A DNA stretch of 64,000 nt from a virus (lineage: Duplodnaviria > Caudoviricetes): positions 1 to 64,000 of IMG/VR virus record IMGVR_UViG_2791355084_000002; one strand, written 5' to 3'. Under the pieces are notes generated by a model. It was not told the DNA's origin and searched no databases. It saw only the letters and a program-made list of their open reading frames with translations. Of this stretch, positions 1-9,345 are shown piece after piece. Numbering within the stretch: position 1 is the first letter of the stretch; every line of letters starts with the position of its first letter. Position numbers and translations under genes: made by a program.

Positions 1-600
1 TTAATCGACAATTTTTGTTTGGGTGTTTAATTTATATGAGTGAATATAATTTACTGCGTACTTTACTAAAAAGATTCCTAAGACCCCACCCAAAACATTA
101 AATAACGAACAGAAAATATCCATATTACCAAAGTGGCCCTTAGTAAAACCAGACCGCCCAAGTAAAAGATGGGCGAAATGTATCACTAAACAACTTAAAA
201 CAACAATAGAAATTGCTTTTTTGTTACTTTTTAAATTGAAAAGGAGTAATAAAAAAATCCCAAATGGTACAAATAAAATAAAATTATAAAATAAAGCTGA
301 ATAACTAAAAATAGAAATATGAAAGTGCATCGTATCAAATATTCCAAACCAGTCATTCGTTGAAATAAATCCTCTACCATTGTCTGCTGGATTTTGAGGG
401 AGCGTGAATCCACCAGTTTTAATTTGAATTAAACTTATTAAGTAAAAGATAAAGCTATATAGAATAATTCGTTTTTTATTACTTTTTATTTCTTTTCTAA
501 AATAGTCAAGAAATACATCAATAAAAATATATACTAGCAAAATTAGAAATCCGAAAGGAACAATATTGTAAAGAACGTATGTTGAATGCACAATTAACAT
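1..600 (-). CDS. VanZ-like family membrane protein (moron)
   Basis: Multi-TM protein with NFILFVPFG and FNVLGGVLG motifs typical of VanZ-like proteins. Confidence 0.65.
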   Translation of the reverse strand: MLIVHSTYVLYNIVPFGFLILLVYIFIDVFLDYFRKEIKSNKKRIILYSFIFYLISLIQIKTGGFTLPQNPADNGRGFISTNDWFGIFDTMHFHISIFSYSALFYNFILFVPFGIFLLLLFNLKSNKKAISIVVLSCLVIHFAHLLLGRSGFTKGHFGNMDIFCSLFNVLGGVLGIFLVKYAVNYIHSYKLNTQTKIVD

Positions 601-670
601 CTCCCACTATTTGCAACATTTAAAAGTCAATATTTATTTTACCAATTTTTACATTATAAAACAAATATAA

Positions 671-703
671 CTCGTCAACTAACCTGTTACGTTAATTGAA
701 GTA
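671..703 (-). repeat. Family-1 palindromic cassette-boundary site
   Basis: Minus strand reads tacttcaattaa-cgtaacagg-ttagttgacgag, the same architecture as the sites at 30.9-38.8 kb, co-oriented with the adjacent gene. Confidence 0.65.
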
Positions 704-894
704 TATAAAGCTACCAAAGCGTTGTTTAGGATATATAACCTTGCGAACGCATATAACTAATGATATTCGTGATACAACAATAGGGTGCATGTCAACGTAT
801 ATAGCGAACCAAGAGCAACGTTTAGCAGAGCAGGAAAGGGCGATTATAGAGCTTTCCTCGTTAATTGCAAAGGAATCAGAAGGAGGCGAACAAA

Positions 895-1062
895 ATGTTT
901 AATGAACAGAGTGGACTAGTAGCTATCTGGTATAACTATGTGCTAGCACGTCCACATAAACGTAATCAAGTACCAAATCTATCAAATTTGCGCCAAGTGG
1001 TGTATCACAAACTAGAACAAGAAAATGATAGTAAAATTTATGTATTTCAGTCAAAAGAATGA
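895..1062 (+). CDS. Small phage tail-end protein (CD1375/XkdX-like)
   Basis: aggagg RBS before ATG 895; VPNLSNLRQVV motif; position before the lysis genes. Confidence 0.45.
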   Translation: MFNEQSGLVAIWYNYVLARPHKRNQVPNLSNLRQVVYHKLEQENDSKIYVFQSKE

Positions 1063-1158
1063 AGTGAAATAATAATATTATACAATATAATAGACTTAAT
1101 TGTTATGTTGTTTTCAATCTTAAATAATCAAAAGATAGTTATTGGAGAGGAAGATTGG

Positions 1159-1881
1159 ATGAGTAAAGACTTTATTATTTTTGGAGCAAGTCAAGGGCTT
1201 GGCGACGCCTTTGTAAAGGGTCTACCCATAGAGGGAGATACAGTATGGATGGTGTCAAGAACACGACCAGAAAGTTTGGATATTAATGATGGTGTAAATC
1301 GCAAATGGCTTTCAATAGATTTATCAAGTCAACAACAAATCTCTTCTTTAAAGGAAACCTTAAAAGACATTGCAATAGATGTATTAATATATAATGTTGG
1401 CGTATGGGAAAAGCGTGGTTTCGAAGATGACTATACATTTGATAAGGATGAAATCGAAGATATTTCCAACTTAATCAATATAAATCTAACTTCTACTATT
1501 ACGTATATTCAAGCGCTTCTACCAAACTTAAGACAAGCTAAAAATGGAAAAGTCATTTTAATTGGTTCAACGGCTGGCTTAGAACATACAAATAGTTCAC
1601 AGGTTTCATTTGTTGCATCTAAATTCGGCTTACGAGGCATTACAAATGCTCTACGTGAACATTTGAGAGGAGATAAAATTCCTGTCACTTGTATTAATCC
1701 AGGGGAGCTAGCAGCAGAAGTACCTTATGAAGAAGGTGCAGAAAAGGCAATTGATTTATATGAAGGTACACGTATACCTGTACAAGATATTGTATCTATT
1801 GTGCAATGTGTGATTAATTTATCACCAGTTTCATGTGTTAAGGAAATTACTATCCCTTCAATAACAGACTTAAATGCTTGA
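1159..1881 (+). CDS. SDR family oxidoreductase (moron)
   Basis: GASQGLG nucleotide-binding motif, NVG, ASKFGLRG, INPG. Confidence 0.85.
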   Translation: MSKDFIIFGASQGLGDAFVKGLPIEGDTVWMVSRTRPESLDINDGVNRKWLSIDLSSQQQISSLKETLKDIAIDVLIYNVGVWEKRGFEDDYTFDKDEIEDISNLININLTSTITYIQALLPNLRQAKNGKVILIGSTAGLEHTNSSQVSFVASKFGLRGITNALREHLRGDKIPVTCINPGELAAEVPYEEGAEKAIDLYEGTRIPVQDIVSIVQCVINLSPVSCVKEITIPSITDLNA

Positions 1882-1922
1882 TCGTTTCAAAATAAGTAAA
1901 ATTACAAATTACAATAGATTTT

Positions 1923-1954
1923 AAGCCTTCTACAATCATCTGTGGAGGGCTTTT
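1923..1954 (+). terminator. Rho-independent terminator
   Basis: aagccttctaca...tgtggagggctttt hairpin with T tract. Confidence 0.65.
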
Positions 1955-1979
1955 ATTATGCAAAAAAGGAAGGTGTCCA

Positions 1980-2396
1980 ATGAAAACAGACACATTATAT
2001 ACATCACTCGTAGGCGGCTCCATGGCAGGGGTCGCCTATTTTGTTGGTGGCATTGACCATTTAATCAAAGCATTCGTTATTTTTATGGCGATTGATTATA
2101 TTTTAGGCGTTATGGTTGCGTTTGTTGTGAAAAACGTTGATAGCAGAAAAGCCTTAATAGGTCTGTTTAAAAAACTGGCGATGATTTTGATGGTGATTGC
2201 TGCAGTACAACTGGACTTGGCAACTGACAGTGGGAACTTTATGCGCAATGCCATGATTCTTTTTCTCATCGGGATGGAAGGAATCAGTATGATTGAGAAC
2301 CTTGGAAAGTTAGGGTTGAAAGTCCCGAAGTTTTTAACAAACGCTTTTAAGCAACTTCAAATCGACAATGATGATAAAAAGGATGATAAACAATGA
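1980..2396 (+). CDS. Phage holin (toxin secretion/phage lysis holin family)
   Basis: DYILG, EGISMIENLGKLGLKVP motifs; directly upstream of the endolysin. Confidence 0.9.
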   Translation: MKTDTLYTSLVGGSMAGVAYFVGGIDHLIKAFVIFMAIDYILGVMVAFVVKNVDSRKALIGLFKKLAMILMVIAAVQLDLATDSGNFMRNAMILFLIGMEGISMIENLGKLGLKVPKFLTNAFKQLQIDNDDKKDDKQ

Positions 2397-3088
2397 GTGT
2401 TACAACAACATGCCGAGATTTAGGTGAATTACTACCAGTGGCGCAGACAGCCTGTAGATTACTCTTTCAAGAGAGCTATAAAGCAGGTATTAATAATATC
2501 TTCGTTACTGAAACCTACCGGTCACAAGCACGCCAAAATTATTTATATCAGCAGGGGCGAACTCGATTATATGACTCCAAGGGTAAGCGCCTTTATCCAG
2601 TGACTTGGACGCTAAAGAGTAATCATACTTCACGTTTAGCATGGGACATTGCCGTGGCTCCCCCGAAACCCTTATATGATGTAGATACATTAACAAAAGT
2701 CGGGGCAATCGCTCGTAAGTTAGGTATTACGTGGGGCGGTGATTGGGCACGCAGAATATACCGTCCACATTTTGAAGTGAAACGCAATTGGAAGATGCCT
2801 AGAGGCTACAAATTAGAAGGACAAATAATCGTGCCAAGTAACAGTAAAATGAAAGTCCAATTAATTGTGAAAGACAAGAAGGAGGAAATCGGAATGACAA
2901 ATACAATTTGGAATCCTGGTTCACCAGCTATGAGAACCGAGACTGAAAACTTTATTGCGCAGGCAGTTAAGGACGGAATTATACAGGCTCCACACTTGAA
3001 GGATTTACAGAATGGAGTCATGACGACGGATCGTTTGATTGGATTGTATATTACGATTCAGCAACGTAGAAATAATAAAAATAGTTAG
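2393..3088 (+). CDS. M15-family L-Ala-D-Glu peptidase endolysin
   Basis: ETYRSQARQ..LY.QGR, SNH...LAWD, WGGDW, PHFE motifs. Confidence 0.9.
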   Translation: MSVTTTCRDLGELLPVAQTACRLLFQESYKAGINNIFVTETYRSQARQNYLYQQGRTRLYDSKGKRLYPVTWTLKSNHTSRLAWDIAVAPPKPLYDVDTLTKVGAIARKLGITWGGDWARRIYRPHFEVKRNWKMPRGYKLEGQIIVPSNSKMKVQLIVKDKKEEIGMTNTIWNPGSPAMRTETENFIAQAVKDGIIQAPHLKDLQNGVMTTDRLIGLYITIQQRRNNKNS

Positions 3089-3217
3089 ACATAGTACAAA
3101 TACTTGTCTTGTTGACTTCAATTATAGAAATTGCAAAACCTAGGTGTTCATATGTAAAAGGCTGCCAAATGAATTTCATTTGGCGCCTTACTGTTTTGAG
3201 CATTCAAAGAACCTATT

Positions 3218-3448
3218 TTACCATTTTAATTCTGGATATATTTCTGCGATTTTCATACCTTCAATTGTTCCTTTTTCAAGTAGTTCTTCATAGCCATTAA
3301 ATTCTTGAGAATACTGATCTTTAACTCTTGATAGATAAGATTTACCACGATTATGACTTATCCAATATTCCTCACCTTTATAATAAAAATTCAGTTCATC
3401 ATTCATTTCGAGAAGGCTTTTAAACTCTAAGTACTCTTTTTCTGTCAT
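3218..3448 (-). CDS. Small acidic protein, probable orphan toxin-immunity protein
   Basis: aaggag RBS; preceded by a toxin-like C-terminal remnant HDWTGTHRGDPY*. Confidence 0.5.
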   Translation of the reverse strand: MTEKEYLEFKSLLEMNDELNFYYKGEEYWISHNRGKSYLSRVKDQYSQEFNGYEELLEKGTIEGMKIAEIYPELKW

Positions 3449-3495
3449 GTAATTTACTCCTTTTTAATAAGGATCGCCTCTATGGGTACCAGTCC

Positions 3496-3558
3496 AGTCA
3501 TGACGATGGATGTTTGATTGGACTGTATATTACGATTCAACAAAGACGTAATAAATAA
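3496..3558 (+). pseudogene. Duplicated 3' end of an endolysin gene
   Basis: agtcatgacgatggatgtttgattggactgtatattacgattcaacaaagacgtaataaataa aligns with 3016-3088. Confidence 0.8.
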
Positions 3559-3608
3559 AATAGAAAGACCGCTCTACCACTTAATCATTGTGGAGGGCGG
3601 TCTCTTGA

Positions 3609-4934
3609 TTAATACTCTCTTACTTCAAATGAAGCAATCTTGTCGTGTACAACATATTCAGTTACTTTTTTATAAGGTGAGATAGTTTTTGTGAATTTGA
3701 AAGTTGAAGTACCTTGAGCACTTTCAAACCAATTCAAGTAACTATTTAAAACGGTATTAGTAACATCATATTCTTTTGTAATACCATTTACTAGTGTGAT
3801 ACTAAGGATAGCACTAGAAGATTCACTAATAGGTTTTTTAACAATCACAGTGCTAGTAGCTGCAATATCAGTGTTTTCTATTTTTGCAGTAATGATTGCA
3901 GTTCCTTCACGAATAGCTGTCACATTTCCATCCTGATCTACAATGGCAATTGATTCATCACTTGAAGACCATACCACATTTTTATTAATAGAGTTTTCTG
4001 GTAAGACAGTAGCAGTTAATTTATCCTTACTACCCTCAAGAAGTTCAAAATTATTTTTGTCTAATTTAATTGATTCAGATTCTGTACCACTTTGTTTCTT
4101 CACTGTAACGGTACAATTTGCAGAAAGATTTGTATTTTCTACTTGTGCTGTGACAGTAACTACTCCTTCTTTGAGGGCAGTGACATTTCCGTTTTGATCA
4201 ACAGTGGCAATACTTTCATCACTACTTGTCCAAATTACTTTTGTATTTGTTGCATTTTCAGCAGAAATTATTGCGTTAAGTTTATCATTAGTTCCTTCAA
4301 GTAGTTCTAAAGAATTTTTATCTAAAGTAATTGCTTCTATATCAGATGGAATTTCACCAGGAGCCAATAATTTCCCATCAACATCTATTGCATCAATTTC
4401 AAAAATTCTTAATTTATCAAGGCTCTTTATCTCAACAACATGCGTTCCAGGAGATAAATTGTTCTTTTCGTAAACCAATCTCTGTAATTGGTTTTTATTT
4501 AGTGCGCTAATGTTTGCAGAATATACATCAACTATATCACCATCTATACTTACTTCTAAACTTGTACTTCTTGAGTCAAAAATCGCGGCAATTATTCTAA
4601 ATTTAGTTCCATTCATTGTAAAAGTTACAGTATTGTTGACTCTATAAAATGCTGAAGAACCCTTGTAATAACTAATGTGATCTTGTATTAAAGGAGTATC
4701 AGGTCCTCCTACTATCTTTGCAGAATTTGTCGAATCGTATCTATTCCAACCAATTTCTGGTTTAACTAGTTGGCTACCTATTACTGCACTATTTTCAGAA
4801 GTATTATTTAAATTAGTTACTCCTACTTCATAATCAATCCCTTCTGCTGCAGATGCACTTTCAACACTAAAGCTAACAAGTAATAACAGCATTAATGCAG
4901 AATAAATAAAACCTTTTTTAAACATATTTACCAT
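3609..4934 (-). CDS. Secreted protein with two Ig-like (Big_2) domains
   Basis: Signal peptide; two WxSSDESIA.VDQ.G.VTA repeats. Confidence 0.85.
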   Translation of the reverse strand: MVNMFKKGFIYSALMLLLLVSFSVESASAAEGIDYEVGVTNLNNTSENSAVIGSQLVKPEIGWNRYDSTNSAKIVGGPDTPLIQDHISYYKGSSAFYRVNNTVTFTMNGTKFRIIAAIFDSRSTSLEVSIDGDIVDVYSANISALNKNQLQRLVYEKNNLSPGTHVVEIKSLDKLRIFEIDAIDVDGKLLAPGEIPSDIEAITLDKNSLELLEGTNDKLNAIISAENATNTKVIWTSSDESIATVDQNGNVTALKEGVVTVTAQVENTNLSANCTVTVKKQSGTESESIKLDKNNFELLEGSKDKLTATVLPENSINKNVVWSSSDESIAIVDQDGNVTAIREGTAIITAKIENTDIAATSTVIVKKPISESSSAILSITLVNGITKEYDVTNTVLNSYLNWFESAQGTSTFKFTKTISPYKKVTEYVVHDKIASFEVREY

Positions 4935-5062
4935 TATGTATCCTCCTTAAAGTTGTATAGGTCATTTCTTGAATAAACCTCCAAAGATAACATTAACTAC
5001 TTATGGGCATTTTTGCTATAATAAAAATCGATTAATTTTGATAACAAAAAAGCCACTCGATT

Positions 5063-5115
5063 TGTACTGCACCCCAAAAGTTAGATCAAAAATCTAACTT
5101 TTAGATTTCACTACA
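5063..5115. repeat. 53-bp TG...CA palindromic mini-element resembling IS3-family ends, inside a terminator-like hairpin
   Basis: tgtactgcaccccaaaagttaga...tctaacttttagatttcactaca, flanked by agccactcga / tgagtgact. Confidence 0.55.
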
Positions 5116-5133
5116 TTTGAGTGACTAAATTTT

Positions 5134-5652
5134 TTATTTCATTTTTTCGAGAGCTTTATTCATTTGTTTTTCATTTGATTTTACAGCTTCACTATCTACT
5201 GCATCAACACTACGATATGTATATTTCATATTTTGGAAATAATCAAAAGCGAAATCCTTTAGAGCACCTTCGCTATTTTTCTCAACAAAATAAGATTTAA
5301 AAATGTTAGTCAACATTCGCTCATGGTTTTCGATTTCACTTAAATAATTACCTGATTTATAATCATTAACTATGTACGTTGAAAATTCCTTCACTTCTGC
5401 TTCAGTAGGATTATACTCCATTAAAAATTTTTCAAGTGCATAAAACTTATCAGCCGGACTATCAGAATTTGTAGCCAATTTTGTTATTTCATCCTGCCAT
5501 TTTGCCGTCTCTGCTGTTACAGATTCTTTTGCAGGTTCAGCTTGTTCACTAGCTGGAGCTTCTTCTTTAGGTGCAGCTTCGTTTTCATCACCACATGCAG
5601 CAAGTAAAAATGCCGATAAGGCTCCAACATAAAATAATTTTTTCATTTTCAA
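5134..5652 (-). CDS. Lipoprotein of unknown function
   Basis: Lipobox LAAC after a hydrophobic N-terminus. Confidence 0.8.
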   Translation of the reverse strand: MKMKKLFYVGALSAFLLAACGDENEAAPKEEAPASEQAEPAKESVTAETAKWQDEITKLATNSDSPADKFYALEKFLMEYNPTEAEVKEFSTYIVNDYKSGNYLSEIENHERMLTNIFKSYFVEKNSEGALKDFAFDYFQNMKYTYRSVDAVDSEAVKSNEKQMNKALEKMK

Positions 5653-5765
5653 ACTTCCTCCTTTAATACCTTATCTATTTTAAGAAATTAGATGGTAAAA
5701 GTATATAAAAAAGAAAAATAACCAATATTAGTTATTTATTAATTCCGTTCCACTAAACTTTCTTT

Positions 5766-5996
5766 TATGTTCTAATTTGAATAAATATAAATTTTGAAGT
5801 ATGTATATTACTAGGGTGTGTCATTTTTTTACACCTAAAAAAAGCAACCAAAGCAACAAAAAAGCAACCAAAAATCTGAATGCAGGTGAATATCGGTGAA
5901 ATCGAAACATTATACAAGTGTGAAAAACCTTGCTATAATGGGCTTTGTGATTACATATGAAAGAGGGTAAAAGCATGAACGCTTACGACGAATGTA
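5766..5996 (+). repeat. 231-bp direct repeat, copy 1 (att junction A/B)
   Basis: By eye identical to 56527-56757 except gaac/gaat; contains aagcaac arm-type repeats that recur at 6065-6085 next to the integrase. Confidence 0.9.
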
Positions 5997-6124
5997 AGGG
6001 GTTAGGTTTCGGGAGAACCTTGATATATCAACGTTTATAGAGGATAAATGAAGCTGATTTTGCAAAAAAGCAACCAAACAGCAACATTTATCCTTTTATT
6101 GTTGTGAAACAGATTTATTGGGGT

Positions 6125-7273
6125 TTAATCATTCAATAGGGCGGTGAATTTAGCATGCATTTTTTTAGACGCATTTTCGCGCATGCCACCTGTTACATGA
6201 AGGTAAATTTTTGTCGTCGTATCGGAGTTTTTATGACCTACACGATTCATAATGTAATTCAAGTCCACTTCAGCTTCTGCCAAAAGACTAATGTGCGTAT
6301 GACGTAAAATATATGTGCGGAATGGCTTATCAATATTCGTTCTTGAAGCAATTCGTTTAACAGCTCTATTAAGCATTTTAACGGTAGTAGGGAAGCCATC
6401 TTGCTCACCAAATACATACCCATGATCTTGCCATTTGCTCAGTTTACGGAAAGCGATAAGTTCTTGAATTTTCTCGACTACAATATCATCAATGTCAATA
6501 ATTCTAACACTTCCAATTGTTTTGGGGGGCGTTAATTCAAAGTCCTTTTTTCGATCACCTTTCGCATAATTAGTCTTGTTAATGCGAATTGTTTTATTGT
6601 TCAGGTCCACATCCTCAAGTTTGAGGGCAAGTGCTTCACTAGGACGCATGCCCGTAAATGCGATTGTGTAAATGATTGTGCGATAAGCGATATTAGGATA
6701 TTGATCTGTTTCTCTTAAAAACTCCTTTAATTCTTCAGCTTCTAAAAATAACTGGCTTACATCTTGGCCACTCACTTGTTCCAACGTCATTTTCTTTTTT
6801 GGAATGAATGCACCATCTACTGGATTAATCTCAATAAGACCAACTTCTTTTGCATAGTTGAACATCATCTTAGCAGCGTTTTGAATGCCTCTAAGAGTAA
6901 AATAGGCGCAGCCTTTTTCAAATAAGTCATTAATGACATTTTGATAGCGAACAGTTGTAATATTAATTAATTTGTAATCCGCTAAGTAACGATTGAGGAC
7001 AGATAAACAGTACTCTCTATATTTAACAGTGGTTTCTTTATTTCCTTTCAGACGATAGAGAGTAAGCCATTGGTTATAGAATTTTGCAAAACGTATTTCT
7101 GGATCAATCGTAAATTGATGTTTTAATGCAGCAACACCTTGCTTTACTTTTTCCTCAGCTTCCTTTTTGGTTTTACCACGTCTAGTAACTTGCCTACGTT
7201 TGCCTGTAATAGGGTGACGAGGTCCTTCTCCAATACATCGCCAAGTATGTTTGTCGATTCTCTCACAAAACAT
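6125..7273 (-). CDS. int: Tyrosine integrase
   Basis: TGMRPSE, YILRHT, RVGH, KIYLH catalytic motifs; adjacent to att. Confidence 0.95.
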   Translation of the reverse strand: MFCERIDKHTWRCIGEGPRHPITGKRRQVTRRGKTKKEAEEKVKQGVAALKHQFTIDPEIRFAKFYNQWLTLYRLKGNKETTVKYREYCLSVLNRYLADYKLINITTVRYQNVINDLFEKGCAYFTLRGIQNAAKMMFNYAKEVGLIEINPVDGAFIPKKKMTLEQVSGQDVSQLFLEAEELKEFLRETDQYPNIAYRTIIYTIAFTGMRPSEALALKLEDVDLNNKTIRINKTNYAKGDRKKDFELTPPKTIGSVRIIDIDDIVVEKIQELIAFRKLSKWQDHGYVFGEQDGFPTTVKMLNRAVKRIASRTNIDKPFRTYILRHTHISLLAEAEVDLNYIMNRVGHKNSDTTTKIYLHVTGGMRENASKKMHAKFTALLND

Positions 7274-7332
7274 AAAATCACCTCTAAATGGAAAGTACGG
7301 ATACTTTTATCTTCCCATAGCAAGCAGTAATT

Positions 7333-7833
7333 TCAACATTTCCTGCTGTTCCAATATGGAACATAGAAACGTTTGTTTAAGTATTGTGTTAAACGCTTCA
7401 AAGCAAATTCATATTCAACATTAAATAACTCCTGAAGTTTGACCACGGTTTGAGGCAAATAATCATATAGCTGTATTTCATCCAACATAAAGGTAGGCAT
7501 ACAGGCATGATACATAAAATTATTCGCTTTATATTCTTGGTATTCACGGAAGAGGGGATACATATAGAACTGATCCCCGGTATGTAGTAACACATGTGCA
7601 AGCTCATGACAAAACTCCTGCCATTGTTGTTGTTTGTTAAGCGATTCGTTTAAGAATATGTATGGCTTATCTTTTGAAAATAACGCTTGGCTTGGTTCAG
7701 ACCAATAAAATACTCTTAAGCCTAATCGTTGAGACACTTCTGTAAAATTTAATAATGAGGGGAGAATGATTCCTAATCTTGTATAAAATTGCTGAATAAA
7801 GTCTTCAAGATGCGTATAATAGGGCATTAACAA
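7333..7833 (-). CDS. ImmA/IrrE family metallopeptidase (anti-repressor)
   Basis: HELAHVLLH, EYQEYKANNF motifs. Confidence 0.9.
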   Translation of the reverse strand: MLMPYYTHLEDFIQQFYTRLGIILPSLLNFTEVSQRLGLRVFYWSEPSQALFSKDKPYIFLNESLNKQQQWQEFCHELAHVLLHTGDQFYMYPLFREYQEYKANNFMYHACMPTFMLDEIQLYDYLPQTVVKLQELFNVEYEFALKRLTQYLNKRFYVPYWNSRKC

Positions 7834-7853
7834 TCAACTCCTTAATATAAAGG

Positions 7854-7865
7854 GGACATATGTTC
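7854..7865 (-). promoter_or_regulatory. LexA (SOS) box-like site upstream of immA
   Basis: gaacatatgtcc, one mismatch to GAAC-N4-GTTC. Confidence 0.45.
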
Positions 7866-7919
7866 TTTTTTGCAGTGAAATAAATCCCTACTTATTACAT
7901 ATAGTAGGGATCGTTGAAA

Positions 7920-8294
7920 TTAGTCAATATAACAAAAAGATTGTGGAGGCTTTAAACCTTTTTTTAGATCACTTAATGTTAGTGGGTAATCATATTCAAT
8001 TACATCTTTGAACTTAATAGCATAACCTGACTCTTTATCATGAAAGTAGGATTTGAAAAAATCATACTTAATACCAGATTTATCTTTAGTCTCATCCCAA
8101 AGTGCGTCAATATCTAAATTAAGTATTTCTTCAATTTTAATTTCCCCAACTACTTTTCCAATTGGCATTGTACAATAAACAACAATAGTCTCAATTGTAT
8201 TATCTTTAAAGATAGTTCTTCTGTATTCGAATTTTTTTTCACCTGAAAAAATCTTTTCAACAAATTCAGGTTTAATTGACAATAATACTTTCAT
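7920..8294 (-). CDS. ASCH domain protein
   Basis: LLSIKPEF.EKI.SGEK.FEYRR and PPQSF.Y signatures. Confidence 0.85.
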   Translation of the reverse strand: MKVLLSIKPEFVEKIFSGEKKFEYRRTIFKDNTIETIVVYCTMPIGKVVGEIKIEEILNLDIDALWDETKDKSGIKYDFFKSYFHDKESGYAIKFKDVIEYDYPLTLSDLKKGLKPPQSFCYID

Positions 8295-9345
8295 TAACCT
8301 CACCTAGTTCTAATATTTTACCGAATTGATGTTCGGTTAAATGTATTATACCCCAGTATGTTCCCCTGTCAATCAAAGCTTCATTAATAAGTTTTTGTCG
8401 TATAGGTCTTTTTGGTAATGCATAGCAATATAACATTTTAATTATTATCATTGACCTACGTGTATTGAAATATTCAGCTCTAATTTCATCATCTGTAAAA
8501 ATACTTGTTTTACTACAATAGTCAATTACTTCTTCCACGTTAGCAAAATCTTCACGGGTCTTAACTTCTACTGCAACACATAAACTAGTAGCTACTGCCG
8601 AATATTCAGCTGATTTATTTTTTTCTGCAGTTCGGTATATTACTATGTTATCACCCGGCCTAATGTTTAAAACATTATCCATTCTACAGATGTACACTTT
8701 TTCTATACTATTAGAATAGGAAACATCTTCTATAACTTGAGCGGGGTTTTCTGTATTTAAAATAGAATCTGGGAATAATCGTGTATGAAACTCTGGCCAA
8801 ATACTTAATAAATGTGATTTTACATCGCGTTTAATTAAAGGGTAATTACAACGTAAAGTTAATGAAGAATCATAATTATCTTGAGAAATAGATTTTACCA
8901 TAACATCTTCTACACCATTTTGGGTTGTCTTGGTAGCGGTTTTTACAAAACCATATGCTTGTAATAGCTTTATAAGGTGTTCATGTTTAGGAAAAACAGT
9001 GACATAAAGTTCGTTGGTATTATTTAAAACAGCATAATCTATAGCTTTTTTAATAAATCGATCTCCAAATCGAGTACCTCGTGAATCTATTTTTAATGTA
9101 CCAATCTTAATTCGTTTTTTAGATGGTAAAGGGGGAGCGAATGAAGAGTGATCTTCTTCTTCAACTTTAAGATATAAAAATGCATGGATACCACCATCAT
9201 ATTCAAATAGAAATGCACGCTCATTTCCTTTCCGTATAAACCAGTCTTCAAATTCAGTGTAGTCAGCTTTTAAAGAGTCAAAGAATGGATCATCTAAATT
9301 TATATCTTTAAATAAACGTGAAGTAAAAAAGTCAGTTCGGCTCAT
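8272..9345 (-). CDS. GNAT acetyltransferase fused to an EVE/PUA-like domain
   Basis: KIGTLKI..RGTRFG (acetyl-CoA loop), YVTVF, YGF; C-terminal IRPGDNIVIYR. Confidence 0.7.
   Translation of the reverse strand: MSRTDFFTSRLFKDINLDDPFFDSLKADYTEFEDWFIRKGNERAFLFEYDGGIHAFLYLKVEEEDHSSFAPPLPSKKRIKIGTLKIDSRGTRFGDRFIKKAIDYAVLNNTNELYVTVFPKHEHLIKLLQAYGFVKTATKTTQNGVEDVMVKSISQDNYDSSLTLRCNYPLIKRDVKSHLLSIWPEFHTRLFPDSILNTENPAQVIEDVSYSNSIEKVYICRMDNVLNIRPGDNIVIYRTAEKNKSAEYSAVATSLCVAVEVKTREDFANVEEVIDYCSKTSIFTDDEIRAEYFNTRRSMIIIKMLYCYALPKRPIRQKLINEALIDRGTYWGIIHLTEHQFGKILELGEVNESIIVN

Larger units (their letters stand above)
1..5996. mobile_element. Right end of upstream prophage A (late/lysis end and morons), truncated by the window edge
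   Basis: Holin and M15 endolysin followed by morons, ending in the same 231-bp sequence that ends prophage B. Confidence 0.8.

Noticed and set aside
696-902. 68-aa ORF as an intact gene
   Set aside because: Its start lies inside the repeat site at 671-703; only the 3' half looks like the remnant of a phage tail-end gene
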